Below are positions 50,028-59,231 of a stretch of DNA of 62,086 bases, piece by piece. The notes beneath the pieces were generated by a model. It was given only the letters and a program-made list of their open reading frames with translations, was not told the origin of the DNA and did no database searches. The first letter of the stretch is position 1. Every line of letters begins with the position of its first letter. Position numbers and translations under genes: made by a program. The stretch is from an uncultured Granulosicoccaceae bacterium. Its GTDB lineage: Bacteria; Pseudomonadota; Gammaproteobacteria; Granulosicoccales; Granulosicoccaceae. Location of the stretch: contig CAYLZS010000129.1 of assembly GCA_964388065.1 (NCBI GenBank), forward strand, positions 1-62,086, in the 5' to 3' direction.

Positions 50028-50092
50028 TCGTATTTTCCGGTCGTATTTTCCGGTCGTATTTTCAGGTTGTATTTTCAGGTCGAATGATCTCG
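50028..50092. repeat. 13-bp tandem repeat x4-5 (TCGTATTTTCCGG consensus)
   Basis: Read directly. Units are tcgtattttccgg x2 / tcgtattttcagg / ttgtattttcagg / a degenerate fifth. It covers the stop and last codons of the MMPL gene and lies 86-150 bp upstream of the AA_synth gene start. Confidence 0.9.
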
Positions 50093-52426
50093 ATCGACCG
50101 CCATCAATACTGGTGGCAACAACAAATAATCTGCGATCAGTGCAAACGCAATGGTAATTGCGGTGAGAATCCCCATCTCTGAATTTACTTTAAATCCTGA
50201 CCAGTACAAAACGATAAAGCCGGATATTAAAGTCACAGAGGTTACCAACAGAGCTACTCCAACGGTCTCGAAGGTGTTCACAATTGCCTGCTCAGGCAGC
50301 AAGCCCTGCTCGCGTCTGGCACGCAGATATTTACTAAGAAAATGCACGGTATCATCGACAACAATGCCAAGCGTTACCGCCACAACCACAGCAATAGATA
50401 AACCGGCCACCCCGACAGTGTAGCCCCATAAGCCCAGTCCCATTGCAGCTGGTACAAGATTAGGGATAAGGCTGACCAGCCCAATCTTCAAACTGCGCAG
50501 TGCAAAGATGAGTATCAGAGAAATCAGTACCAGTGCCACCAGTGAACCGAACAACATTGACTTGATATTGCGCTCCGAGATATACGCAAAAATCATTGAT
50601 AGCCCGCTACCCTGCGCGTAGTGTGCAGGTGCATTTTCAGTCAGCCATTTTTCCGCACGTGCATTCAGGTTCCTCATTTCTAAAGACGATGCATCCTGCA
50701 CTATTGCCACTACTCGACTCTGGGACTTCGCAATATCAATAGTATTGTTAAGATCAAGCCCGTAAGGCAGAGACATTTCGTACATCAGAAGATACTGCGC
50801 AGTAAGCTCGCGGGACTCCGGTATTACCTGATAGGCCGGATCATCACCGTTCATGCTTCTATTCAGTTCTTTTATAGTTGTACTGATTGCACCAACATTG
50901 GTTACTTTGGACTGTTGCCTGAGCCACGCTCTAAAATTATCGACATGCAGCAGGTAGGCAGGATCACTGACACCACCATCACTTGCCGCCGGTAAGGACC
51001 ACTCTATGGCGTTCAGGCCAGTTAGTCGCTGCTCTATGAAATCTGTATCACGCCGTATTTCGAACTTTTCACTGAAGTAGGTAAGAAAGTTATCATCGAG
51101 CTTTATTTTAAAGCTGCCAAGCGACAATACAAAAACCAGTACTCCCATACTCCATAGCAATGCTTTGTCGTGTCGGACGACAAAAGCACCCAGTGCCGTC
51201 ATTCCGTTACGCATTATCGATACACTGCCAGCTGGTTTGAGTTTTACCAGTGTCAGCAAGGCCGGCAACATGGTCACAGACAACACAAAGCCTGCAAGCA
51301 CACCCGTTGCGACTATGTTACCGAGCAGGCGAAATGGAGGCGCATCTGAAAAGTTAAGCGTCAGGAATCCGATTGCGGTTGTGGCGCTGGTGATAAAAAT
51401 TGGTGCAAAATTAATTCTCAGTGACTCAGCCACAGCCTTTGTTTGTTCCCATCCCAGCGCCATTCGTTGTCTGACAGTGACAAGCACATGTACACAATGA
51501 GCAACCGCAACGGTCGAGATAATTATCGGCGCACCCGTTGTTCCGGCGTTTAGTACCACCCCGCTCCAACCTGCAAGCCCCATGGCAACGGTAACTGACA
51601 TGACGATAAGCAGCATTACCGACAGTGTTGCCCACACCGTTTTAAGCGCCAGGCCGACTATCAGCAAGATGATAAAAAACATAATCGGAATCAGCACAGC
51701 ACCTTCAGCGTTTGGCAACACCGTGAATGCAACATCAAATGGCGCACCACCGGTTAAATAGAAATTTAATTCCGGATAACGGTTTTCAAAATCGGCAAGT
51801 AAATCATTTGTGTAGTCGACAATTTCATACACGGCATCGAGGTTATCTTCAGGTTTTAACACAGTGATGTTAAAAGCCGCGACCGTTGCGTCTTCAGAAA
51901 TTAGCCGATTAACCAGAATTTCTTTTTCCAGAGCTGTTTTGATAATTTCATCAGCCTGCGTCTGGGTGATCACTCCCTCTGTGTCAATCAGATTGGTCAC
52001 CAGAAGGTCATCACCATCCGCTAAGGTATGCTGAAAATTTGACAGTGAATCTACGCGACTTGAATAGGGAATCTTCCATGCAGCTTCAGTTAACTCGCGC
52101 ACCGCGGTGAGGACTTTCGGATCTGCCAGACTACCGCTCACTGGCGCCAGCGCAATAAATACATTGTCTGTTTTTGTGTAAGTATCTTCGAGCGCTTCCA
52201 GAGCCTGCAGGTGCGGGTTATCTTTACCGAAGAACACACGGTTATCCGGGTTGTTGGTGAGCTTCGCCATACCAGCCGATGCGATCAACACCAGAATTAC
52301 ACCCACACCAAGAACCATTTTGGGAAACCGGAGTATCAGCTCACGACAGGTTGTGGAGAATCCATCGCTTTGTACGCTCTCGCCCTGATGATTCAGCGCC
52401 TGTTTATTTGCGGTCTTATTTTTCAT
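50075..52426 (-). CDS. MMPL/RND-superfamily exporter (COG1033-like)
   Basis: 783 aa with two 6-TM bundles, each preceded by a large periplasmic loop. Repeated motif ...DD.VHFL.KY... Confidence 0.8.
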   Translation of the reverse strand: MKNKTANKQALNHQGESVQSDGFSTTCRELILRFPKMVLGVGVILVLIASAGMAKLTNNPDNRVFFGKDNPHLQALEALEDTYTKTDNVFIALAPVSGSLADPKVLTAVRELTEAAWKIPYSSRVDSLSNFQHTLADGDDLLVTNLIDTEGVITQTQADEIIKTALEKEILVNRLISEDATVAAFNITVLKPEDNLDAVYEIVDYTNDLLADFENRYPELNFYLTGGAPFDVAFTVLPNAEGAVLIPIMFFIILLIVGLALKTVWATLSVMLLIVMSVTVAMGLAGWSGVVLNAGTTGAPIIISTVAVAHCVHVLVTVRQRMALGWEQTKAVAESLRINFAPIFITSATTAIGFLTLNFSDAPPFRLLGNIVATGVLAGFVLSVTMLPALLTLVKLKPAGSVSIMRNGMTALGAFVVRHDKALLWSMGVLVFVLSLGSFKIKLDDNFLTYFSEKFEIRRDTDFIEQRLTGLNAIEWSLPAASDGGVSDPAYLLHVDNFRAWLRQQSKVTNVGAISTTIKELNRSMNGDDPAYQVIPESRELTAQYLLMYEMSLPYGLDLNNTIDIAKSQSRVVAIVQDASSLEMRNLNARAEKWLTENAPAHYAQGSGLSMIFAYISERNIKSMLFGSLVALVLISLILIFALRSLKIGLVSLIPNLVPAAMGLGLWGYTVGVAGLSIAVVVAVTLGIVVDDTVHFLSKYLRARREQGLLPEQAIVNTFETVGVALLVTSVTLISGFIVLYWSGFKVNSEMGILTAITIAFALIADYLLLPPVLMAVDRDHST

Positions 52427-52999
52427 GGTTATGAGCGATTGTGCTGAGTCCCGATGGCCGAGCGAATCACAAAACTTAAGCTTTAGAATGACTTGTCTGC
52501 TTCAGCCATGGAACTAAAGAACTACTTAATGTTCAGAATGAATCAGTGCGACGCAAAGCGAATGTACAACGTGAAAAAAGTCGAACCTGCGCTGCAGCCA
52601 TCTCTGGAGAAAATAACGGTCTTCATTGGCTACAGCACTCCGAAGGCTCCATGTTACAGCACCGTATCACGTCTGGCACCAAGGAGAACCACTTGAAACT
52701 AAAAGCACAGCGCCTCTACCTGATAGCTAAGTTCTACCTGTTTGATTTGCCGCAAGTCCTCGGCGAATCCCGGCACAGCACCGGGTACAAAAAAGCCCTT
52801 CAGCCAGGTTTATAACGAAACTTTCAAAGCGTCCAAGAGACCACAAGCCACCAGACCAGAGTCACCTGCGTAAATCGGTCTCGCGAGCCTCCATTGCACA
52901 ACATCCATTTTTTATCGATGTCGTGTTAGAATCTGCGCCCTCAATAAAATTAAAATCAAGCACGCCAAAACTAGCTGGTCTGCGTTCAACGGGGGCACC

Positions 53000-53335
53000 A
53001 TGAGAAATTCAGACGACACACGTTCTGCCGGTCAATCGAGAGCTGCACGCGAGCCTGCGCGCTACGAAGCTGACGACCGATACTACGCTCCCAACTACGA
53101 CTCACATTACGATGAAGGCGAAGATCACGTCGGCTTTGTCAATGTTATCGACATGGATATTCCGTTTTTTCAGTTGGTCTGGCTGATCTTCAAAATCTTC
53201 CTGGCGGCGATTGTCGCCGCATCAATTATCGCGCTTCTCGCAGCCCTTGTGGCCTGGGTAATGTCACTGCCTGTGGTTCAGAATGTCCTTCCGGGTGATG
53301 CTACCTGGTTTAAAGATTTACTAAGCGGCAGCTAA
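53000..53335 (+). CDS. small membrane protein of unknown function
   Basis: 111 aa. Charged, Tyr/Asp-rich N-terminal half, then hydrophobic FFQLVWLIFKIFLAAIVAASIIALLAALVAWVM. Confidence 0.45.
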   Translation: MRNSDDTRSAGQSRAAREPARYEADDRYYAPNYDSHYDEGEDHVGFVNVIDMDIPFFQLVWLIFKIFLAAIVAASIIALLAALVAWVMSLPVVQNVLPGDATWFKDLLSGS

Positions 53336-53342
53336 TTAAGAG

Positions 53343-54047
53343 TTATTGAAGTGCATAGCTAAGGGCAGCCTGCGCGTGCAATTGCGTTGTGTCAAAAGCG
53401 GGTACGGCCAGGTCACTCTGCGAGAGCAATAATCCTACTTCGGTGCATCCAAAAATAACTCCGTCAGCACCGGTACGCTCCACAACTTTCAGATATTGAT
53501 CTTTAGATTCGGGCAGGACGACTCCTCGACACAACTCCGCATAGATTATGTCGTGGACAACAGTACGACCTTCATCGTCAGGTGTTACTACATCAATGTT
53601 GTGGTGCTTTTTCAGGTATCCCTTGTAGAAGTCCTGCTCCATTGTGTAGCGTGTGGCCAGTAGAAGAGGCGAATTAACTTTTGCTTCTTTTATTGCAGGT
53701 GCAGTTGAATCTGCAATGTGGATCAGAGGAATATTAATTGATGCCTGCACTGCTTCAGCCATTTTATGCATAGTGTTAGTGCAAATCAGAAGACACTCAG
53801 CACCTCCCCGCTCAAGAGACTGAGCAGCATCTACCATTAATTTGGTGACACCGTCCCAGTCGCCATCAGACTGATAGCGCTCAATCACCGCAAAATCAAA
53901 AGACCACAACAGCAGATCAGCGGAATGCAGACCACCCAGCTGGTCACGCGCCATGCGGTTCAATAGCTGGTAGTAGATCACTGTACTCTCCCAGCTCATA
54001 CCTCCAAGCAAGCCAATTTTTTTCATTACCTTCATTCCAGATGCCAC
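53343..54047 (-). CDS. aspartate/glutamate racemase family protein
   Basis: KKIGLLGGMSWESTVIYYQLLN and ...LLICTNTMH...VIFGCTE (two catalytic Cys regions). The true start is probably an internal Met at 54035 or 54026. Confidence 0.8.
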   Translation of the reverse strand: MASGMKVMKKIGLLGGMSWESTVIYYQLLNRMARDQLGGLHSADLLLWSFDFAVIERYQSDGDWDGVTKLMVDAAQSLERGGAECLLICTNTMHKMAEAVQASINIPLIHIADSTAPAIKEAKVNSPLLLATRYTMEQDFYKGYLKKHHNIDVVTPDDEGRTVVHDIIYAELCRGVVLPESKDQYLKVVERTGADGVIFGCTEVGLLLSQSDLAVPAFDTTQLHAQAALSYALQ

Positions 54048-54140
54048 GCCGGATAACTATTCGGCACAACAATAATTGAACCGGTAAACCAACGTCGATA
54101 TAGTGAACAGACTACACATTTCCAAAGTGGGATTCAGCCA

Positions 54141-54959
54141 GTGACATGCTACTTTTCAAATAACTTCCAGCGAGCCTTCGGCACGTTCCCCCTAAAACAA
54201 CAAGCCCTGACCGATGCATTGAATTGTGCCATAGACAGCGGATATCGCGCTATTGATACTGCACAGATGTATCAGAACGAAACTGAAACCGGCCGCTGCA
54301 TTATGGAGTCCGGCATTGCGCGGGATGAATTTTTAATAACAACCAAAGTTCAACCTTCAAACTTTGAAGAAAAATTATTTTTACCATCAGTTGAAAAAAG
54401 CTTAAAAAACCTGCAGGTCGATTCCGTCGATGTATTACTTCTTCACTGGCCTCCCGGTTCCGGCAATATAGAGCCTTCACTTAAACTTTTAAACACAGCT
54501 GCAGACGAAGGCTTTGCCAGACACATTGGCATTTCAAACTACACGTCGCAAATGATGCGCGATGCTCTACAAATAACAAACCGTCCACTGGTAACCAACC
54601 AGGTCGAGTTTCACCCGTTACTAAACCAGGATATTCTGCTCAACACTGCAAAGGAAACGGGCATTCCACTATCGTCTTATTGCTCGGTAGCACGGGGTGA
54701 AGTATTCAAACAACCATTATTCAGTGAAATTGCAAAGACATACAACAAGACCGATGGCCAGATTGTACTGCGATGGATTGTGCAACAGGGAGTGTCGATA
54801 AATACCATGTCTACCAACCCGGCAAACATTAAATCCAACTACAACATCATGGACTTCGAACTAAGCACCTCAGACATGACAAAAATCAGTGCACTGACGA
54901 AACAGAATTACCGGATCGTTGATAAAAACCTGGTTCCCTGGGCACCCGAATGGGATTAA
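54141..54959 (+). CDS. aldo/keto reductase (2,5-diketo-D-gluconate reductase-like)
   Basis: GYRAIDTAQMYQNE, LLLHWP, GISNY and NQVEFHP motifs. GTG start. Confidence 0.85.
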   Translation: MTCYFSNNFQRAFGTFPLKQQALTDALNCAIDSGYRAIDTAQMYQNETETGRCIMESGIARDEFLITTKVQPSNFEEKLFLPSVEKSLKNLQVDSVDVLLLHWPPGSGNIEPSLKLLNTAADEGFARHIGISNYTSQMMRDALQITNRPLVTNQVEFHPLLNQDILLNTAKETGIPLSSYCSVARGEVFKQPLFSEIAKTYNKTDGQIVLRWIVQQGVSINTMSTNPANIKSNYNIMDFELSTSDMTKISALTKQNYRIVDKNLVPWAPEWD

Positions 54960-55054
54960 CGAGGGCACCCGAATGGGATTAACGAGGACACCCGAATAGG
55001 ATTAACAAGAGCGCACGAGTGGGATTAACGCAGGTACCCAAATAGGATTTCGGA
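54940..55054. repeat. 23-bp tandem repeat x5 (GGGCACCCGAATGGGATTAACGA consensus)
   Basis: Read directly. Unit 1 contains the last codons and TAA of the aldo/keto reductase. Units 1 and 2 are identical, and units 3-5 are progressively more diverged. The array fills the whole spacer up to the nucleoside hydrolase stop. Confidence 0.9.
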
Positions 55055-56002
55055 TCAAAGTGTTGCCAGTCGCTCGACAATCAGATCAAAAAACCGGTCA
55101 CTGTCACCGTCGGTAGTCACAGTCACATTCGGTTCTGCATCAGTGGTGGTATACCAGTCTGCTACCGTTCTGCCGAGGTTGATGCCGTCATTAATATCGA
55201 CACTGACCGACATTTTGCGGCCACTGAAAATTTCAGCATCTATCAGCCACGCAATTGTGCAGGGGTCATGCAGCGGTGCACCATCCCATCCATATTTTGA
55301 CATATCGTACTGATTAAAAAATTCGAGCAGATCAGCCACAACACTTCCGCAACGACCGCCTTTACCGGATATGTCCGCCAGCCGCGCAGGTGTTATACGC
55401 ATCTGGTGAGTAATATCCAATCCGAATGCAACCAGATCAACACCACTGTCGAATACTGCTTTGGCTGCATGTGGGTCTACGAAAATATTAAACTCAGCTG
55501 CCGGTGTGATATTGCCGGGCTCATGAAAAGCACCACCCATAATCACTACCTGATGCAAACGGTCTATTATGTCCGGAGCCATCGCAAAAGATGCAGCCAC
55601 GTTGGTAAGCGGGCCGGTGGCAACCAGTGTCACTGTTTTATCGTCGCTGGCTCTAATGGTATCAATCAGATAATTAACTGCATGCTGGTCGGCTGCTGTT
55701 GTTTCCGGCATGGTCAATAATTGACCACTTCCCGTATCCAGACCTGACTCACCGTGAACATGCTCTGCAGTCACCATTTCCCGCAGAAGCGGCCTCGGAC
55801 ATCCGCCATACACTGGAATATCCTCTCGATCCGCGAGCAAAAGCACCCGCAGAGCGTTTTCGACAGTGCGTTCCAGCGGCACATTGCCACCGACCACCGT
55901 CAGACCGAGCACCTCGATCTGCTGCGGAGCTGCCAACGCCAGCAGTATTGCAACCGCATCGTCATGACCGGGGTCGCAATCCAGAATAATTTTCGTCACC
56001 AT
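55055..56002 (-). CDS. nucleoside hydrolase (inosine/uridine-preferring family)
   Basis: IILDCDPGHDDAVAILLA (DxDxxxDD calcium/ribose motif), 315 aa. Confidence 0.85.
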   Translation of the reverse strand: MVTKIILDCDPGHDDAVAILLALAAPQQIEVLGLTVVGGNVPLERTVENALRVLLLADREDIPVYGGCPRPLLREMVTAEHVHGESGLDTGSGQLLTMPETTAADQHAVNYLIDTIRASDDKTVTLVATGPLTNVAASFAMAPDIIDRLHQVVIMGGAFHEPGNITPAAEFNIFVDPHAAKAVFDSGVDLVAFGLDITHQMRITPARLADISGKGGRCGSVVADLLEFFNQYDMSKYGWDGAPLHDPCTIAWLIDAEIFSGRKMSVSVDINDGINLGRTVADWYTTTDAEPNVTVTTDGDSDRFFDLIVERLATL

Positions 56003-56063
56003 TTTTGAAACCTGCTTGCTAAACTAAGGTCAATCTTATCTCACTCCAAACAGGCGGCAGTTA

Positions 56064-56390
56064 ATGATTCGGTCTGCGAAATTCTCAATCGGGCAACCAG
56101 TCAAGCATCGCGTCTATCCGTTTAGAGGAGTCATTTTTGACGTAGATCCGGTCTTTACCAATACCGACGAATGGTACGATTCCATCCCCGAGGATGTCCG
56201 GCCGCACAAAGATCAGCCGTTCTATCACCTCTACGCGGAGAATGAAGAAACCGAGTATGTAGCGTACGTCTCGGAACAGAACCTGTTACCGGACGACAGC
56301 ACAGCGCCTGTCAGACACCCGATGGTACGTGAAAGTTTTGATAGAAATTCCACTGGCTGGTACGTACCGAAAGACGCTGTCGGCCACTAG
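56064..56390 (+). CDS. hspQ: heat-shock protein HspQ (hemimethylated-DNA-binding YccV family)
   Basis: AKFSIGQPVKHRVYPFRGVIFDVDPVF...QPFYHL is the hallmark HspQ sequence. Confidence 0.85.
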   Translation: MIRSAKFSIGQPVKHRVYPFRGVIFDVDPVFTNTDEWYDSIPEDVRPHKDQPFYHLYAENEETEYVAYVSEQNLLPDDSTAPVRHPMVRESFDRNSTGWYVPKDAVGH

Positions 56391-56574
56391 TGGGGCGTTT
56401 TAGTGGTACCAAAGCTCAGATAATTTTATCGCCCATTCCCGGGATGGCCTGACTTTAGAGACGGGCTTCACAAATCTGCATTCGTCAACACTTCGCAGTA
56501 AGTATACGTAGAAGTATATGAGCAGGTAGTCGATACACCATATAAGTGAAGGCAAAATACACGACTCCTATTAA

Positions 56575-57600
56575 ATGACAACTATGTCAAACAAAGGCCA
56601 CGTTTTGGTAGTGGACGATGAAGAAACCATCGTCACTGTTGTGCGCGGCATTCTCGAGGCAGATGGCTATACGACAGTTGCAGCCCTGAGCGCTGAAGTA
56701 GCACTCGAGATCTTTGCAATAAATAAAGTCGACATGGTAATCACAGATATTCGCATGGGTGGCATGGACGGCTTCGAACTGATGAGACGTCTCAAGATGC
56801 TGGACGAAAACCTCAACGTTATCGTTCTGACCGGTTTTGACAGCTATGACACTGTTCTCAAAGCACTACAGTTTGGTGCATACGACTACCTGCAGAAGCC
56901 ACTTGATAACCACGCCGGTTTGTTGGCTGCAGTTGACCGCGCCTGCTCCAGCTCGAGATTGCGCAGAGAAAACGCACAACTGATCAAAGAACTGGAACAG
57001 AGTCACGCCAGATTATCAAAAGCCAATGAAGGGTTGCTGGCAGCCAATCATCAGCTACAAAAGATGGCATCAACCGACACCTTGACGCTGCTCTATAATC
57101 GCCGCCACTTTGAACAGGTTATCAAACGCGAGGTCGATAGACGCAATCGTTATGGTTTACCGTTATCTGTAGTAATGATTGATATTGATTTTTTCAAATC
57201 AATCAACGATACGTACGGTCACGAAGCGGGGGATAAGGCCCTTATTAAAGTAGCTGCAGTTATAACCGAGAGTGCACGCACGGCTGACATTATAGCGCGC
57301 TTCGGCGGTGAAGAATTCGTTGCTGTACTTCCGCAAACAGAAGCCGAGAGCGCTACCGTGTTCGCTGAGCGTACCCGTGCAGCTCTTGAACAGGAAAAGT
57401 TTGTCATTGATGGTAAAGAAATTAACCTCACGATGAGTCTCGGGGTCGCAGGTATCTCTGCCGCAGGCGGTATAACTGACCCGGAAACAATGATGAAAGC
57501 AGCTGACAAAGCTTTGTACGATGCAAAAAACAGCGGTCGAAATCGCTACGTCTGTGCTCCTGATATTGAAGGTAAACCCAGAAACAACAGGGCCGCCTGA
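56575..57600 (+). CDS. response regulator receiver-GGDEF diguanylate cyclase
   Basis: REC domain (VLVVDDEE..., DMVITDIRMGGMDG), a coiled linker, and a GGDEF domain with intact GGEEF and an RTAD I-site 5 residues upstream. Confidence 0.9.
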   Translation: MTTMSNKGHVLVVDDEETIVTVVRGILEADGYTTVAALSAEVALEIFAINKVDMVITDIRMGGMDGFELMRRLKMLDENLNVIVLTGFDSYDTVLKALQFGAYDYLQKPLDNHAGLLAAVDRACSSSRLRRENAQLIKELEQSHARLSKANEGLLAANHQLQKMASTDTLTLLYNRRHFEQVIKREVDRRNRYGLPLSVVMIDIDFFKSINDTYGHEAGDKALIKVAAVITESARTADIIARFGGEEFVAVLPQTEAESATVFAERTRAALEQEKFVIDGKEINLTMSLGVAGISAAGGITDPETMMKAADKALYDAKNSGRNRYVCAPDIEGKPRNNRAA

Positions 57601-57605
57601 CAATA

Positions 57606-59123
57606 CTACAAGTCGTGACAACCCGGTTGCCGCGGACAAGCACTGCTTCTGGGACAAATAACCCGTGCATCATTTTCTATACCTCGCTCGACCCAGGAAA
57701 TATTTAAGATTTTCGCAACCCGGGTGAGTTCCTTTTTTATAGAAGCCGGAATCGGTGCCGAACCACCGTTACCACCACATGCCTTTTTAAGGTCTACCGC
57801 CAGAGACAACGGATCATGCCCTTGTGCCGCAATGGCCGGGTTAACATCTACACCAACACACAGCACTTGTTGCGTACCCGCTAAATCTTCAACCGCAACA
57901 GATTCACAGGCATAGATACGCGACTCGCCACCGACATCGAGCAATGATATTTGGGCCGATGACCCAGCCGGGGTTTCATTTAATTTTCTGAACACAGCCC
58001 AGTGCTGACAGGGATCCTGAACCATTCTCATATTGCCCCACGGAAGTGGAATACCGTTACCCCGGTAAACTGCGTTTAACCGCCCCGGCGGATAAGCATC
58101 AAAGTAGTGCCAGTGAGGATAAGGTGATACAGACGTCATTCGACGCATGGCTATTGAATGCGATACATCTACCAGATTTCCACTGTTTGCCTCATAGCCA
58201 TTGCGCTCTAACAGTCTTCGAAATGGAACCTTCGGGCAAAGCAATGCCGCTGCAAAAAAACTGCATTCGAAATCTCGCCAGGCAAGCATTATATCTTTGG
58301 CATCGACAGCACTCTTTTTATTGATGTTAGTTGTCGCTTCACGAATGCCGCTAACATAGTGCTTGCCGGTTAACATCGCACTTTTTACACCGTCACCGTC
58401 ATGCAGAATCTTGTGCCCGATGTAGACCGCAAGATCATACTTTTTTCTAACCGGTTGCGCTTCAAGTTCGCGATTCAGATAAATACTATTGGGTGCTTCA
58501 AAAAACGAACGCACCAGACTGCCATCGCTTACACCCAGATGAGCGGCCGTATCATCCGGCAGCGTGTCAAACCATGTAATTTTCAATCCTGCAGATGCCG
58601 TCATTTCCTCCAATGCCTGCAGTGACAGCGGCATCTGCTTGTGGCCAATGCCTTCCGCTGCGCGCTCCAGATCGGGAAATTGATTCTGGTGTGCCTCCTG
58701 GTGAGCCCTTATTAACAAGTGTGCGAACTGACGACCCGTAGTACCAGTCTGCGACAGCATTTCGGGAATAGCGATTTGCAGAATTTCATTGGTAAACAAA
58801 AATCCCGGCTCCAGCGACATACCGGTGATACCACCCCGGCTGCCTTTGTCTGGCACCAGACCGTCATCAACCGGCATATCGTCAAGAAACCACTCCGGGT
58901 CTTTCTGAAAAACCGACGCAATTACCTCGAGCATTGCAAGCCGAGGTGTGCGCTTGCCCTGCTCGATCATGGAAATGTAGGAAACTGACGGTGCTGCTTC
59001 AGGATTTATTTTGATACATCGAGCAGATAAATCCTCCATCGTTAGCTTATTGTTTTTTCTAAGATTTTTTATCTTTGCACCCAAAAAATGTGCATTTCTT
59101 ATCAACTTTTTCGGAGAGCTCAT
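57606..59123 (-). CDS. XRE-HTH / M78-like / DUF2083 transcriptional regulator (RamB / ScfR / PrpR-type short-chain acyl-CoA regulator)
   Basis: N-terminal HTH (LGAKIKNLRKNNKLTMEDLSARC...SYISMIEQGKRTP). Central domain with a degenerate HExxH reading HKILH. C-terminal Cys cluster ICPRSSACPRQPGC. Divergent from the aceA locus. Confidence 0.75.
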   Translation of the reverse strand: MSSPKKLIRNAHFLGAKIKNLRKNNKLTMEDLSARCIKINPEAAPSVSYISMIEQGKRTPRLAMLEVIASVFQKDPEWFLDDMPVDDGLVPDKGSRGGITGMSLEPGFLFTNEILQIAIPEMLSQTGTTGRQFAHLLIRAHQEAHQNQFPDLERAAEGIGHKQMPLSLQALEEMTASAGLKITWFDTLPDDTAAHLGVSDGSLVRSFFEAPNSIYLNRELEAQPVRKKYDLAVYIGHKILHDGDGVKSAMLTGKHYVSGIREATTNINKKSAVDAKDIMLAWRDFECSFFAAALLCPKVPFRRLLERNGYEANSGNLVDVSHSIAMRRMTSVSPYPHWHYFDAYPPGRLNAVYRGNGIPLPWGNMRMVQDPCQHWAVFRKLNETPAGSSAQISLLDVGGESRIYACESVAVEDLAGTQQVLCVGVDVNPAIAAQGHDPLSLAVDLKKACGGNGGSAPIPASIKKELTRVAKILNISWVERGIENDARVICPRSSACPRQPGCHDL

Positions 59124-59127
59124 TTGT

Positions 59128-59179
59128 AAATTTCACATTGTGTAATTTCTATTGTGAAATTATAACACACAATTTCTAT
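59128..59179. promoter_or_regulatory. operator-like repeats in the regulator/aceA-locus divergent region
   Basis: Inverted repeat ATTTCACA (59130-59137) / TGTGAAAT (59153-59160), and direct repeat (T/C)AATTTCTAT at 59143-59152 and 59170-59179. Confidence 0.35.
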
Positions 59180-59231
59180 ACTAGTGCTTCGACAATTGAG
59201 CCATCGGACTGAAACTGAACTGGAGCACGCT

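Noticed and set aside
52493-52815. Two overlapping small ORFs (67 and 89 aa) in the long gap upstream of the MMPL gene.
   Set aside because: They have mutually exclusive frames, a non-ATG or RBS-less start and no recognisable motifs. The gap is reported as unexplained instead.
54940-55054. Possibility that the tandem arrays are CRISPR arrays, or plasmid/chromosomal iterons marking an origin.
   Set aside because: The units are contiguous with no unique spacers, so they are not CRISPR. There is no rep/dnaA-type gene, no DnaA boxes and no AT-rich unwinding element nearby. The first unit is simply the 3' end of a coding gene.
56387-56398. 12-nt match (CTAGTGGGGCGT) to the MITE-like terminal repeat at the hspQ stop codon.
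   Set aside because: It is too short to distinguish from chance in 2 x 62 kb, given the many 12-mers in a 24-nt repeat. No inverted partner lies nearby. It is mentioned only as a lead for a genome-wide search.
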